A stretch of DNA of 64,000 nt from Octopus bimaculoides (Eukaryota). This document shows, one piece after another, positions 23,620-38,199 of the stretch. Below the pieces are notes generated by a model. The model had not been told where the DNA came from, searched no databases, and saw only the letters and a program-made list of their open reading frames with translations. The stretch is from positions 47,762,988-47,826,987 of the forward strand of contig NC_068997.1 in the NCBI RefSeq assembly GCF_001194135.2, read 5' to 3'. The position numbers and the translations under genes were made by a program. Positions within the stretch are counted from its first letter, which is position 1; the number at the start of each line of letters is the position of its first letter.

Positions 23620-24320
23620 CACATATGTAGAAATACACACATGTGTACTTACGTAGAGATACACACACAACATATGTACAGAAATACACACTTGCATACA
23701 TACACAAAAATACATGTATACAACATATACAGAAATACATGCATGCATATGTTACAAGATACATGCACACAACATTAACAGAAATGTACATGTGTATACA
23801 TACATGGAAATACACACATACAACACAGACAGTGATATACACATTCATATGCACAAGATACATACTCATACAGAAATAAGGAATACATACATGCATGTAT
23901 ACATAGAAATACACACTTGCATACATAGATACATACATACAGAAAATATACATAGAATTACATATACATACATAACACATACACACATAAGTAAGTACAC
24001 ACACACATAAATACATACACACATAAGTGCATACATCATACCTACATAGAGATACAGGCACAAAATATACACAGAAATACACATATATACATACATACAC
24101 TCAAATACATAACACATACACACATAAGTACAAACATACATAAGTATATACACACACACAAATACATACATAACACATACACACACAAATACATACATAA
24201 CATACACACATAAGTACATACATCATACATGCATAGAGATACAGGCACAAAATATACACAGAAATACACACATGCATACATACAGACATACATACATACA
24301 GACATACAATACATGTGTGT
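23620..24320. repeat. CA/TA-rich compound minisatellite with internal duplications
   Basis: Repeated agaaatacacacttgcatacata and catagagatacaggcacaaaatatacacagaaatacac blocks. Confidence 0.9.
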
Positions 24321-24829
24321 ACAAATACTTGTCTAAACATCAAAACTCCCATATCATCAACAGAACAAACATAAATATCAAACAAGAGATTAACCTTTAG
24401 CTTATTGTCAATTTATTTAGCAGATATTTGTCAACATTTGGCATCCCGCTTGCCCTCCACCTTGATTAAACTAAACTAAACTGACCACACACACAGATTC
24501 CATTGCTCTGTGACCCCACTGCCAACCCCTGACCCCACACAGGTACTTCACTGTTTGTATAAAAAGCAACTAAGTTATATTGGAATAGTGAGAAAAATAT
24601 TTGTTAAAATCAGAATCACACACTTACCATTTGCTGATCACTTTTGTTATGTATTTGGACACCACGCACACACTTCACTTTTCAGTTACATTAAACAATC
24701 CGACAATCTTTCCCATTTCTCTCTTTTTCTTTGTTTTTTTCTTCCTTTTTACATATTCCAGCACTTTCATAAGTATCTATAATCACTAAATATATTAGTT
24801 TTAACAAGACTAACCAGTTTGGTATGAGA

Positions 24830-25085
24830 AAGAGAGAGCGAGAGAGAGAAGCATGAAAGAGAAAGAGAGAATAACATTTGAGAGAGAATAGCGTATGGAG
24901 AGAGGGAGAGAATAATATGTGAAGAGAGTGAAAGAATATGAGAGAGAGAGAGAGAGAATAGCCTCTGAGAGAAAGAGAGTAGCATCCAAAAGAGAGAGAG
25001 AAAGAGTAGAAACTAAAAGAGAGAAAATAGCATCTATGAGAGAGAGAAAGAGAGAGTGTGTAGAATGTAAGAGACCGAGTGAGAA
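24830..25085. repeat. Degenerate (GA)n tract
   Basis: Direct inspection. Confidence 0.9.
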
Positions 25086-25449
25086 ATATACTTGGGTAAA
25101 TAGTAATAGCGATAAGCTCGTATAATAATAAATATTAATATATTTATTATATACCTGTACAACCCAGGTAAACAGAAACACTGATATATTGTACAATATA
25201 AGGCCTAATCACAGAAACAGTGTCTATAATATTACTCTTTTATGATCTATGCATGTAAAGTGGGAATTAAATTAAAGACTGTAATAGTCTAATTAAGACT
25301 ATTATATACACATCATATATATGTATGTATGTATATTTTTTATTCATAGGATGACTGATTGATATATTAGAATATGAAATCAGTCGTATAATCTATTGTA
25401 GAAAAGTGGACATAAAATGCTGACAAGTCAGTCCCTGTTATCAGCCATC

Positions 25450-25790
25450 TCTCCTATCACCTTTCTTCATTGATATCCAGTGTTGTCTTAGCAACATTAC
25501 AGGCCACACCAGGCAAATCAATGTGCAGGGCCCTATAATATCTATTGATTGACCTGGGAAATGCGAGCACAGGATTGCCCTGCTTGATGTAGCAGCACCA
25601 ACAGGTGCCACCTCCTTCGAACAGAATAGGATCACAGGAGCACAAAGATGACATGAGCTGTGTGAGTCCAGAGCCAACTTCTTGCCTTCATTCCCAGTAG
25701 ACCACCAGTGCCTGACCTGTGGCAAAACCTGAGCATGCATTGGCCTGATTGGCCACAGCTGGACACTTTGTGACCCATCTTCTACCATGT
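25450..25790 (+). mobile_element. RTE-BovB-like LINE ORF C-terminus (decayed)
   Basis: Frameshifted TWEMRAQDCPA*...GATSFEQNRITGAQR*HELCESRA...HQCLTCGKT*ACIGLIGHSWT resembles the RTE C-terminal pattern WE.LAQDR..WR....GA..YEQ.RI..AQRKRE.RKSRA...CP.CGR.F.ARIGL.SH.RT. Confidence 0.8.
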
Positions 25791-26254
25791 GATGTCTCTG
25801 ATAATTGTTCAGATCAACAGAAGAAGATATAAACATTATTATTATTATTAAGGTGGTGATCTGGCGGAATTGTTAGCACACCATTTAGTTAGTCCCATTT
25901 AGAGAAGTATTATGCTCTCAGTTGCTTATATATCACGGAAAGTAGGACAAGATTTGGCCCCAGTAAGCCTGTAGGCTTCTGTCAAACTTAAGGTTCATCA
26001 AAATCATTGTTTTAACCTGCTTTTTTTACATGCTTGCATGGATTAGACAGAATTCACTGAAGTAGATTATCGACTGGTGGAGGACCTTCTTGTCCCCAAT
26101 CCTCATTTGTTTCCAAGTAAGGTAATATTTCTCCATGGCTGATCATTTTCCCACAAGTGAGTTGAAATGAATGGCATTGCTTCTTGTTAACTATCAAGTG
26201 ATGTAAGACAAAGAGACATAAACAAACAAACACACACACATGCACACACACAAA

Positions 26255-26905
26255 AGGCCAGCGACTTTGGAGCGGGGAGTAAGTCAAAAGCTTCAACTCC
26301 AGTGCTCAACTGTTATTTTATCGACCCTGAAAAGATGAAAGGCAAAGTTGACTTAAGCAGGATTTGAACTCAGAACATAAAGAGAGACAAAATGCTACTA
26401 AGAATTTTGCTTGATGCGCTAACAATTTTGCTAGCTTCCTACCTTCATAATAATAATAATCCTTTCCACTACAGGCACAAAGCCTAAAATTTGCTGGGAG
26501 GGGGTAAGTAGATTAGATCAACCCCTGTACAGAACAGGTACTTAATTTATTGACCCTGAAAGGATGAAAAGCAAAGTTGACCTTGGTGCTATTTGAACTC
26601 AGAACATAAAGAGAGACAAAATACCTCTAAGCATTTCACCCAACATGCTAACAATTCTGCCAGCTCACTGCCTTCATAATAATAACAACAACAATGGTTT
26701 CAAATTTTGGTATAATGCCAGCAATTTCAGGAAGTAGGTAAGTTGATTTCATTGAATCCAGTGCTCAACTGGTACCTTTTTATTGACCCGAAAAGGACGA
26801 AAGGCAAAGCTGACCTCGGCAGAATTTGAACTCAGAACAAAGTCAAATGAAATGCTGCTAAGCATTTTACCCAGCATGCTAACAGTTCTGCCAGCTCGAT
26901 ACCTT
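26255..26905 (-). mobile_element. Three head-to-tail Meta-like SINE copies separated by (AAT)n
   Basis: Three roughly 220-bp units, each with gaccc(t/g)aaa.gat.aaa.gcaaag.tgac...atttgaactcagaaca. Confidence 0.8.
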
Positions 26906-29900
26906 AACAGTGTAGTGTTAATGCTATATATCTCTTATTGGATATTTGGGTGTATCTCTACATTCATACACCAGTGAAAGTCTACTTCAATGTATATTTT
27001 CATAAATCCCTGTACAATACAATTCAGTCCAATCACTACACTGCTTTCCTTTAAAAATGTCTCCCACATAGCAGAAATACAGAGGCATGCATACACCTGT
27101 GACATTACATATTATCCAATGTAAACAGACAGAGATCTACTGATTAGAAATATTTATGAATTAGTGAGTATCCATGGTGAATCCACAGCTTTTTAATGTT
27201 CAGCTTTATAGTTAATTACTTGCTGTAAACTGCATTTAAATGGTATAAAGTAATTGAATAAAATACATGTTCCTCTTTATTATTTAACCATTTGGCCCTT
27301 AAACCGGCCATATCTGCCCCAAATATTCAACCTACTTTATGCTCAGACTAGCCAGATCTGGACCCTCATACCATACCCTACCATGACATTCTAAAAATAT
27401 ACAATCAAGTCATCAAAATCTCAAAGCTACGAGATAACGAATGATAAATTTAGAACAATATGAATTAATAAGCATTACATTTCACAGAATAATCTGAACG
27501 CTAAAGGGTCTAATTGATAAAACACATGCAGGCTAAACATGGTTAGATGCAGGAATGGCTGTGTGGTAAGAGGCTTGCTCCCCAACCATGTAGTTATGGG
27601 TTCACAACCATTGCATAACATCTTGGTTGAGTGTTTTCTACAGTAGCCCTGGACCAACTAAAGCCATATGAGTGGATTTGGTAGACAGAATCTGGGGCTA
27701 TAGAAGGTACTTGCTCATGGTGCCACACAGTGAAACTGACCAGAAACCATACGGTTACAAAGTGAGTTTCTTAACCACACAGCCATATCTGTGCCCATAG
27801 TGAAAATAATTACAGAATACTGTAGTTATTGGATACTACACCTAAGAAAAGACAGGATGGTCACAGTTGGAATGCTTTGATGATAGATCTATTCAGACAT
27901 CAACAAAACCATTACAAGTAACAACAAACAATATACCTGTAAAAGTATCACCCAATGTAAACAAAAACATAAATAAATAAATACCTGTAATTTACACCAT
28001 ACAGGTAACTAAAAACACAGGTGTAATTGCAATTAAGCAATAAAGAACAAGTGAGAAAAAGATCACAACTAAAACAAAAGATGAATAAATGTGTAATTAA
28101 GAGCCAATGTAAACAACAGATATATAATTAGAACAGAATTTTAATTTTGTTTGTTGTATGTGGCCTTTCTTTTCTTTATTGAAGTTGAAAAGTGAAGTCT
28201 CATTAGAAATATAGTCCTAGATACACAATACCTGAAAATAATATTTTGAAAAAGAATGGATAGTCATAGCTGGAATGCTTTTTTGTAAGTAATTGCCTGA
28301 CATACTGACTTATATTGGAAGGTGGACGGTTGGAAAATAAAATGCATAGAATGAAAAAAAGAAAGAAAACAATAGCTTAATTGTATCTGCTGTCCGTCTT
28401 AGAAAATGATCAAATAACAGAAAATATTAGTTTCAAATTTTGGCACAAGGCCAGCAATTTCAGGGGAGGGTATATGTTCATTACACCAACTCCTGTACTG
28501 AACTGGTACTTATTTTATTGACCCTGAAAGGATAAGTCAACCCTGGTGAAATTTAAACTCAGAATGAAAAAAAACAAAAAAACAAAATGCCTAAGAATAC
28601 ATTAGCCAAGAAAACACACAAGACAACCAGATACTAGCCCTGTTATGAAGTCTCCAACTGGATATAGATCTGCAAGTTAAAAGAATGGTCATATTGCCAT
28701 AAGATATGAACTGGCAGAATCATTAGTACATTGGACAAAATGCTTAGCAGAAGTTCATCTGCTTTCATGTTCTGAGTTCAAACTCTACTGATGTCGATCT
28801 TGCCTTTCATCCTTTTAGGGTTTATCATCAACTATCCCCACTCTCCCCAAATTTCAGCATATTGTTATATAACAAGATCAGAAGCAGCTAAGTCATCTCT
28901 TTCAAAAATCTCCATCTGTGTTTCTATATGTGTTAGTCTGATGGGGGCAATGGTTTTCATCAGTTTCAGTGACGTGAAACAGATGAGAGGTAAATCTTCC
29001 CAACACCTGAACAGAATGCAAGTAAACTGAACACAGCATTGCAAGCCAAAGAATCACTCATTCATTTTACAATGCAACTATTGTTTACAGCAGTGATCAA
29101 GTAATATTACTCAGTAAAACTTCAAAATTTCAAGTTACGCTTATGTTCCAAACACCACCTTAATAATGACAAAAGTTATTTTACAACTTTATCATCAGAA
29201 ATAACCGAGACAAAGAATGTATTTCAACAGAAATACGGCAACAAAAAGCTTCAACCAAAATCAGCTCTGATGATGTAAATCTATTATCAAAGACATTCTA
29301 TATTTGACCAGCTCATCTTTTTATACTCTTTGCATATTTAGGATCTACAGTCCAATATGCCTGTATTTTTTGGCAATAGAGTGTGATTTGAAGGAAGTTA
29401 AGCTATTATTTCTAGCATGGCAAGCAACCATGCACATGTTTTGTGTAGGCTTGTGTTGACTAGTTCTACCTGAACTGTTTGGTGTCAGAATATGCTTAAC
29501 AGACAAATGGAATTCAAAGGTATCTATTTAGAAACACTTATGCACACTCAAGTACAAACACTCATGGACATGCTTACAAAATCAAAAAACAACACAGCAC
29601 CCATGACTTTTGGAAACATTGAAAAGGTTTGTCAGTTCATTTAGGCAAACAAAGAAGAATGAAAAGCAAAGCACTGGTTAAATACTGGAATTGGTTTAGT
29701 GAATTATTCCTCTCCCCCATAATTTTATCCCTTCTGCTTAAGAAATCAATATCATGGTTTTTAATTTGAGGCAAATTGGTTATATATGAACTGAAAATGC
29801 AAAAGTATTTTGTTCAACATCTTCCTCTGGGTTTCTATCACTGCACCTCATCTCATCTCGTTTTCAAGCTGGGAGGAAACAAACATGAAAAGTAATTTTT

Positions 29901-31277
29901 TCCTCTGCTTTAATGCTTTTGCTATCCACTAATATATTGTCTGTAATGCTGCCATTTCTGCATTGTCACTAACAGGATTCTTAGGTTTTGAAGTGGAAGA
30001 GTGTCTCCAAGAGATCCAGTATTTAGCTGTGGCTTTGTAATAGACAAAAAATAATTCTGTCCCTAGGATGGAAAACTAATAAAATACTTATTCTTAAAAC
30101 AGCCATAGATGTAATGTAGAAAAAAAAAGTAATCTGTTAAAAAATTCCTTGCAGTAGACCTGAACTCATGACAAGCGGGTTCAAACATGCTTATCTCTTC
30201 TCAGCCATTTACCATGATTATATTTAATTTTCTACCTCAAAATTTTTATTCATCTTCCTAGAGAGGTTCTAGAACTGTCTTATCTCACTTGCTTCAGCCA
30301 TTAGTGGCCATGCTAGAGCAGTGCCTTGAAATTTTAGTCAAATGAACTGACCCGAGTATTTTTTTTAAAACCTGGTACTTATTCTATCTTGTTGCAAGTT
30401 TTACAAAGAGATCCTTTAAATTAATTTACTTGAAGTTCCTTCAAAACTGTTTCCAAAGATTTATATAACCCAAGGTCAGCCTTGAATGAATAGGCCTCTC
30501 ATCAAAAGGTGTTCAAGCTGTGATCATCTCATCTTTAAGATGCAGCATGAATCCTCCTGTTTTTGATATAGTGAAAGACTTGACAGATTTATTTGCTATT
30601 TTTAGCATGTTAAGTGATCATGTAGAGATCCCACCTTGTTTTGGCATGAATGCTTATATTTTAAATTACAAAGTGTTGACTTAAATGCTACAGAATTGAA
30701 AACCTGGTAGATGTAACTTTAGGTCTAATTAGATCAAGAAGATTGTGTCTCGGAAGCTTTTAATCATGGCCATCCCATTGTTTTATGAGTATGGATGTCT
30801 TTCTTTGAAGATAGCAGGGTATGATTTGAGGGAGATTTACATCTTATCTTTTAGCAAACTTAGCAACTGTATAAAAACTCCTTAATTATTAAGACTCCTC
30901 AACTGGGAGTTTTAATACTTAATATCCACTGTTATGGTTGATTTTTCCATACTGAAATATATTTCTTGGAATAGTATCAACAGCATCTCTCCACATGTGA
31001 TACTTTGTCACCATCTGAGAGCATTAACATCTAGGTAAGTCCTCAACGTATCTGCTTCAACAATATCCTTTAAAGTCTAGTAACTACTGGATTATTATTT
31101 TTTTATTTTGTTCTGTCTTGTATTATTCATCTAATTTCATATTTTCAAACTGGCATTAGGAAGGGCATCCAACAATAGGAACCAGGCCAAAAAAGACAAT
31201 TGGGGCCTGGGCTGGTCAGCTCCAGTCAAACCGTGCAACTCATGCCAATATGAAAAATAGATGGTGAACAATGAAAT

Positions 31278-31646
31278 GTAATGTTATATATGCCAATAAA
31301 GTGTGGTAGTTCTATAAAGGACGATATTTTTGTTTTAGCCCCAGGAAAACAGCTTTTCCAGCTGGCTAGTGACACAGAGTTTGCGCCTGTATAGCACTTG
31401 CAAGGGAGGTCATCGCTCCCATCTCTAACCTTATGGATGTCCCACACTGAGGACGGATAACATCCAGAAACCTAGGTCCAAGTATCACATAAGGCTAGAG
31501 ATGAGAACGATGACCTCCCTTGTAAATGCTATACAGACACAAACTGTGCGTTGATAGCCAGCTGGAAAAAGAAAAGTTTCCTGGGGCTAAAATAGTATCA
31601 TCATCCTTTATAGGACTACCACATTCTGTTGGCATATAAACATTAC
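31278..31646. mobile_element. 369-bp fold-back (palindromic) MITE-like element
   Basis: About 160-bp imperfect inverted arms (gtaatgttatatatgcca...ccttatg / cataagg...ggcatataaacattac) around a loop of about 45 nt. Confidence 0.8.
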
Positions 31647-32829
31647 TATCCAGTACTGTTACTGTACATCTCCCACTCAGAGATTTAAAACAAGTTTTTC
31701 TCTATAATATTGAAATGATTGGGATGCAAATGTGTTTCTCAATCTCTAGAACTTTGGAAAAGCACTATTCATACATGAGAAAGAAACCTTTGCTTTTTGT
31801 TGGAATGTCACAAACATATCCACCACAGACATGACAATATAATAATTCTGTATAACCAAAGTGAGCAACTTCTCTACGTGAATAAATAAGATTTATTGAC
31901 TCAAAATATTTTCTCTACGTGAACAAATAAATTTTATTGACTCAAAATATTGTATAATAAACAGTTTCTTGATTAAAAATGCTGTCTATATGATTAAAGA
32001 AGATAAATACCAAAATTGAAAAAAATGTTTATAACATTTAGATACTGAAGTAGTTGATTAAAGGAATAATTAGACCAACGTCGTTACTGGAATATTTTTA
32101 CTGCTTTATCAATTCTGTTGTTGATAAACTTCAATGTCACCTTTCTTCATTACTCACTGTTAATGAAATATCTAAAAATTACTCATGGAAGAATGTTACT
32201 GTGAACTGGTTAACGTGGGAATTCCTTCCCCACCTCACAACTATATTAGATTGTAGATTTAACAGCTAAAAGCCTCAATTACAAAAGAAATCAAATATTT
32301 TCTATGTACATCTATTTGTTTATGATGCATTATTTGTCATTGGATTGTGGCTATGCTGGAGGCAATTTTTCGACTGGTATAGGCAAATAAATCTACCTCA
32401 GTATTTTGCTTTTTAAAGTTTCCTACTTATTCTATTGTTTTCTTTTGCTGAACTACTAAGTTATGGGGACAAACAAACCAATGCCAGTTCTCAACACAAA
32501 GACATGCATACACATGCACTTTAAAAGTTTCCAGTTTCCATCTATCAAATTCATTCACACAAGGCATTCATTGACTCATGGCTGTAATAGAAGAGACTTA
32601 CCCATGGGGCATGGTAGAACTGAACCCAAAACCACGTGGTTACAAAGGAAACTTAGCTGCACAACCATACTTGGACAAGGAGTTACATTCATGTTTTGCA
32701 GAGTTTCAGCAGATTGAGTAGTAAAAACCACAACCCTCAAGGTTTCGCAACAGGAAGGGGTGTAACAGGACATGACATTTTTTAGTCCAGAGGTTTGGCT
32801 CAAATGGTTCTAAGAGAATGGACACTGCC

Positions 32830-33110
32830 ATAGGAAATCAAGGACAGGTAGGGGCCAAGGTGAAGGGGTAGACATGAGCAAGGAAAGAATGCCAAAGTGT
32901 GGGTGCTCTTGAGAAGGAATGCATGAATTGATTAGTGAGGACCTGGGAGAGTAGAACGTGCTAAGTGGAGGTGGAACAAATGACTTGAGGGTATCCTTAA
33001 GTGATGTGGAGTGATCCTTAAAGAAGGAGCCACTGTAGTAGCAGCAGTTATAAAAAGCAGAGTGCAAAGACAGCACATCTGGATCAGAGGTGGAGACAGG
33101 TTAGCAAGTG
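32830..33110 (-). mobile_element. CR1/L2-type LINE 3' remnant
   Basis: Minus-strand NQFMHSFSRAPTLWHSFLAHVYP and FVPPPL..RSS resemble CR1/L2 C-terminal ..SF.PRTS.LWNSLP..VFP. Confidence 0.55.
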
Positions 33111-34928
33111 TTTGTACCAAACAATCAGTTTTCCCCCACCTTCTCTGTCCAGCTTTTTGGGTGGTGGGGTTACAGCCAAGGCTATCTGTAGTAAAACTAT
33201 CCCAAATGTAAATTCAGTATCACATTATGGGAGTCACTTCAATTTCGTATAGAGTTAGTGATTAAGAACTGAAGTAATTTCTATTCCTGAAGAGGAAGGC
33301 TAGTTTTTGCGATGTCATCTTTGCTAAGACAATCTAGGAGTAAAGATTTACATAATATTGTTGAAGAATTGTTTGCAAAAAACTGCTTTAAACATGAAAA
33401 TAAAACTTGAATTCTATTGAAACATTAAAAAAATACATTCCTAGCTGCTTTAATGTTAGGGTGTTATGAAATTGTTGACTCTTCTGTAAGATAAATAGTA
33501 TAAATCAAAAGATTTCTTGTACAGCCAGTCCATACGAAATTAATGAGCAGATCTCAAAGTATACTAATGATATATAACTAGTGACTTGATGCCTTTAAAT
33601 CACTAAAGTTAAAATTTAGGTCAATATCTATATATTTGTATTTTTATTTTCCATTAAATTAGTATAACAGACTAGGGTGTCTTTTAAACGTTTTATTGAA
33701 GTAGCAAAGTGTGACCAAGTAAGCATATCTCGTTTAATTCATAAAATGACAAGCTTTATTTTAAATTAATGTTTTGTGTAATTAGTCTTTTCAAGCTACT
33801 TAAGTCACAGTTCAGTCAATATTCATATTTTCTTTTTTAGTATTTGTTTTGTGTTTAATAAAGCCATCCCACATCAAGTTAACTATGTATGAAATAAAAA
33901 CAAATGAAAGAGAAATTTAAAAAAAAAAAAGTATGGCTGTGTTAAGTTTACTTCTAACTGTATGCCTCCGGGTTCAGTTCCGCTGCATGGCACCTTGGGC
34001 AAGTGCCTTTCACTATAGCCTCAGGCCAATCAAAGACTTGAGTGGATTTGTTAGACTGAAAGAAGCCATGCGTGTGTGTGACAAACTGTTGGTGTGGTTA
34101 TGTCTTCATAACTTAGTTATTCTAATTGGTCTCTTTTGCCAAGCATGGTATGCTTAAAAAATGTCCTGAGGTCGATTTATTCTACCAAAACCCTTCAGGT
34201 ATATCAGAATGGTCATAGTCAAGTGACTGAAACAAGTTAAAGCTAACTATTGACCCATAACCAATCAAAAATGTCAATGTGGTCCTCCAGTCAGTGAAGG
34301 GACTTATTGAATCACAGACCCTTTCCAAAATCAAGGTGGAAGAATCATCTGGGAAATCAAAAATGTTAACAAGGTTGACTATATATACTTCAGATATTAC
34401 AATACTGCAATGTTGTCCTTGTTAAGAGAATTGCTGAGGAGCAATGGAGGGAAAAAATACCTTCCATACTGAGGACTGATAACCTCCTAAATGGTCCACT
34501 GAAGAAAGATAAAAATAATATCCCCCCTCTGTGAGAAACTGGTTAATTCCCCACTAATAATTCTAGTGATAGCACCTTAGTAACCAATGGAAGATAACTG
34601 GTTCTTTTCCAAAAGGGGACAGCCTATTGTAAAATGATTCATAATGGAATATATGAAAGGAGTTAATGTATCACAAACTGACATGGTGGGCATTTTCTAA
34701 TATCCTTAGAGTCCCAAATTGTGGAAAATGGCATGGATCTTTTCCTGTTGGACATAAATTCAGCTGAATATATACATTCAAGAAGTTTCGACAAACTGTG
34801 TTTGAGATGAAGCAGCAATTGAACTTATTCTTAGAAAGCATAGGTTTCACTGAGAATATATATAAATATAAGTCAGTAAATAGTGGGTTTGTGTTAACTG
34901 CATGTGGAGAAATAATAGGAAAATGAAA

Positions 34929-35947
34929 AATAATAAGGCAGAATGCTAAACTGGAAGCATATTTTAATAAAGATTTCTAACCGGCTTTCTTTGCATAGCA
35001 AATTTTCAAGAAGAGGGAGAATGAAAATGTTTTTTACAAAGATGTACAAAATGAAGAAAATAATATATAAAAAAATAAATATACCAATACATTATATTGT
35101 CTTTGAGCTTCTGAAGTTCAATGGTAATCCATGTATATANNNNNNNNNNNNNNNNNNNNNNNNNNNNNNNNNNNNNNNNNNNNNNNNNNNNNNNNNNNNN
35201 NNNNNNNNNNNNNNNNNNNNNNNNNNNNNNNNNNNNNNNNNNNNNNNNNNNNNNNNNNNNNNNNNNNNNNNNNNNNNNNNNNNNNNNNNNNNNNNNNNNN
35301 NNNNNNNNNNNNNNNNNNNNNNNNNNNNNNNNNNNNNNNNNNNNNNNNNNNNNNNNNNNNNNNNNNNNNNNNNNNNNNNNNNNNNNNNNNNNNNNNNNNN
35401 NNNNNNNNNNNNNNNNNNNNNNNNNNNNNNNNNNNNNNNNNNNNNNNNNNNNNNNNNNNNNNNNNNNNNNNNNNNNNNNNNNNNNNNNNNNNNNNNNNNN
35501 NNNNNNNNNNNNNNNNNNNNNNNNNNNNNNNNNNNNNNNNNNNNNNNNNNNNNNNNNNNNNNNNNNNNNNNNNNNNNNNNNNNNNNNNNNNNNNNNNNNN
35601 NNNNNNNNNNNNNNNNNNNNNNNNNNNNNNNNNNNNNNNNNNNNNNNNNNNNNNNNNNNNNNNNNNNNNNNNNNNNNNNNNNNNNNNNNNNNNNNNNNNN
35701 NNNNNNNNNNNNNNNNNNNNNNNNNNNNNNNNNNNNNNNNNNNNNNNNNNNNNNNNNNNNNNNNNNNNNNNNNNNNNNNNNNNNNNNNNNNNNNNNNNNN
35801 NNNNNNNNNNNNNNNNNNNNNNNNNNNNNNNNNNNNNNNNNNNNNNNNNNNNNNNNNNNNNNNNNNNNNNNNNNNNNNNNNNNNNNNNNNNNNNNNNNNA
35901 AATCCTTATAAAAATATGCTTCCAGTTTAGCATTCTGCCTTATTATT
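34929..35947. repeat. 48-bp inverted repeats bracketing about 1 kb that includes an N gap (possible DNA transposon TIRs)
   Basis: 34929-34976 vs reverse complement of 35900-35947, 46/48 identical. Confidence 0.6.
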
Positions 35948-38199
35948 ATTTTTCATTTTCCTATATATATTTAAGAGAAAAATTGATATCCAGACGGAAA
36001 TTTGATTAGATCAGATCAAAAACTTCACCATTGAGGTAACCATGCTTTGAACAAAAAATATACTGCAAAAGCTAATCTGGTTTCTTCAGTTTGAACCAGA
36101 CAGGTGATGTTCAGTTAACAGATTCAGTAATATTTCGTTACCACACCTCTAAATCAGGTGTAATAGGTAGTGAAGAAGATTATGAGTTATTTAAATCTGT
36201 CCCAAGTCACCATAAAGGTATTCAGAAGGAGCTGAAGCCCTCCTTTCTGCAGTTCAAAATGAAAGTGGAGGGAGGGAGGGAGGTGCACACACACGCACGC
36301 ACGCACGCACACACGCACACACACTAAAATGGAGAAAATACTTTCAAACTTGCTCACAAATCTTTTCATCCTTGGATATTCTTCCACACTACTAATGTTT
36401 GTTGGGGGCTAGATGTATTTTGTCCCTGATTAGGACTCAATAGGAGGGGGGGGATTCATTTCAATTCTTTTATTTTTGCAATGCAGGCTTGGTTAAGCAT
36501 AACGGGCAAGTCCCCAAACAAAATTAATCTATTTAGACTGCAATAACTTGATAGTAACCTTGACTTAACATGCATCTAGAAAGGTCACTTCAACTCCATA
36601 TGGTGGTGGATTCAATCCAGCTGAACGTCACTTCAGAGTTTTCTATTGACCAATATCTTCTGGATGAAATTTGGGAGACTGAAATTGTGCAGAAGCCCAT
36701 CTTGCATGTGTCAAGTCATTTGTTCATATGTGCATTTAGAAGGGCTGTGTTTCTTAGTATTAAAGAGTAACTCGACCTAGATTTAGATAACCTAAAAGTA
36801 CTAGTACACAATTTTATGTAAGAAAATCTTAAGATATGCTCCAAATACCAACTTAGTATCTCTAATGAAACTCAGTCAGAAATGATTTTAACAGAAGTGT
36901 TAATCTGGTTATTGTTAAGTGTGATGTTGACTAATACAAGCCACGAAAGATAGGAAAATACAAATTTCAATTGAAGTTTAATTAGGAAGATGTTCAATTA
37001 AAAATGCAAACTCTACATGATGCACATGAAATATAGTGATAATGCTGATCTGCAAAGTGTGACTATCACCCCAGTCTTTCAGTGCTTGGTTCTCCCTATC
37101 ACCCAAGCACCTTTAGTGAAATACACTGTTGTAAACCATCATTAGGAAGGCTTCTAATGCTTGTAACCAGAAGAGAGAGAGAGAGCAATGCTCAACTTGG
37201 ATTTAAAACATTGATCCTGCACAAGAGCTCTCTTCACTATCCTGATTCTTTTTCTCTGTCCATTCTTTCTCCTTTTTCATGAACAACCTCTTCTCTTCAA
37301 ATTCAATAACCTAACAGTAATATAGATGGAGCTTTACAACCATGCAATTATCTGCTTGAAGTTCATAATATTTGAAAGGAAAAAATATTCAAAGAGATTT
37401 TCTTTTTCTTTGCATATTACCATTTGTTTTACATATAAAATATATTTCAATTATGGAAACAGCTAGATTCAGGAACAAAAAGTTGACAAATGCCATATCT
37501 CTAGATTAACAATTGAGGCTTGAATCAAAACAAATCACCACTATTTTAACTAATTTCAACTTTATGCATGTTATTTGGAATTGTGTGTGCATGAATTGTA
37601 TTCTTTTTAGTGCGGTTTTAAGAACAAAGTTTGACGAATGTCAGTTCAACACTTGGAGACTTGAAATGAGCGTGGAGTGCAATGACACTTCTCATGTTAG
37701 TCCATCAGAAAGAACAGACAGACAAAAAATATTGAATTTTTAAGTGGGGAAGAGATCCAAGATAAAAGGTTAGAATCCAATATGGAATGTTGTACTATGG
37801 GATGGAAATAAGGGAAGGTGTAGAAGCCCATGTTAGTTTTTCTCTGGAATAGGGCATAAGGAAGAATAGTGTAGACATCTGTTAGTGTGGTGTATGTATG
37901 TGTATGGAAGTATGCAAGTCAGTAGCCAGTTTGCAAATCCCTGTAGTTCTTATATTGAACAAAGGAAAACATCCATAATGTACAAAATGTAGTGGCTGGG
38001 TTTGGTGAAGGTGGTGTTGAAAAGAAATAAGCAGGTGTGGAAATACAGGAGCAAAGAGGGACCGAGGAGGGGGGGGGGCATTGTGAATGAGGTAACTAAA
38101 TAAGATACAGACAAGCTGCAAAGAAATGAAGAGTGGGAGATGGAAGAAAGGACAAGACAGGGTCAAAATGAAGATGGGATTCTGCAGGGGAGGAATAGT

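Noticed and set aside
23444-24385. Cluster of 68-218 aa ORFs rich in C/V/Y/M or T/H/Y/I
   Set aside because: Translations of CA/TA microsatellite.
31870-31950. About 40-bp tandem duplication
   Set aside because: Ordinary local slippage duplication with no further structure.
36085-36327. Cadherin-like start FSLNQTGDVQLT
   Set aside because: No cadherin motifs (DxD, LDRE, DxNDN) follow and there are no convincing splice sites.
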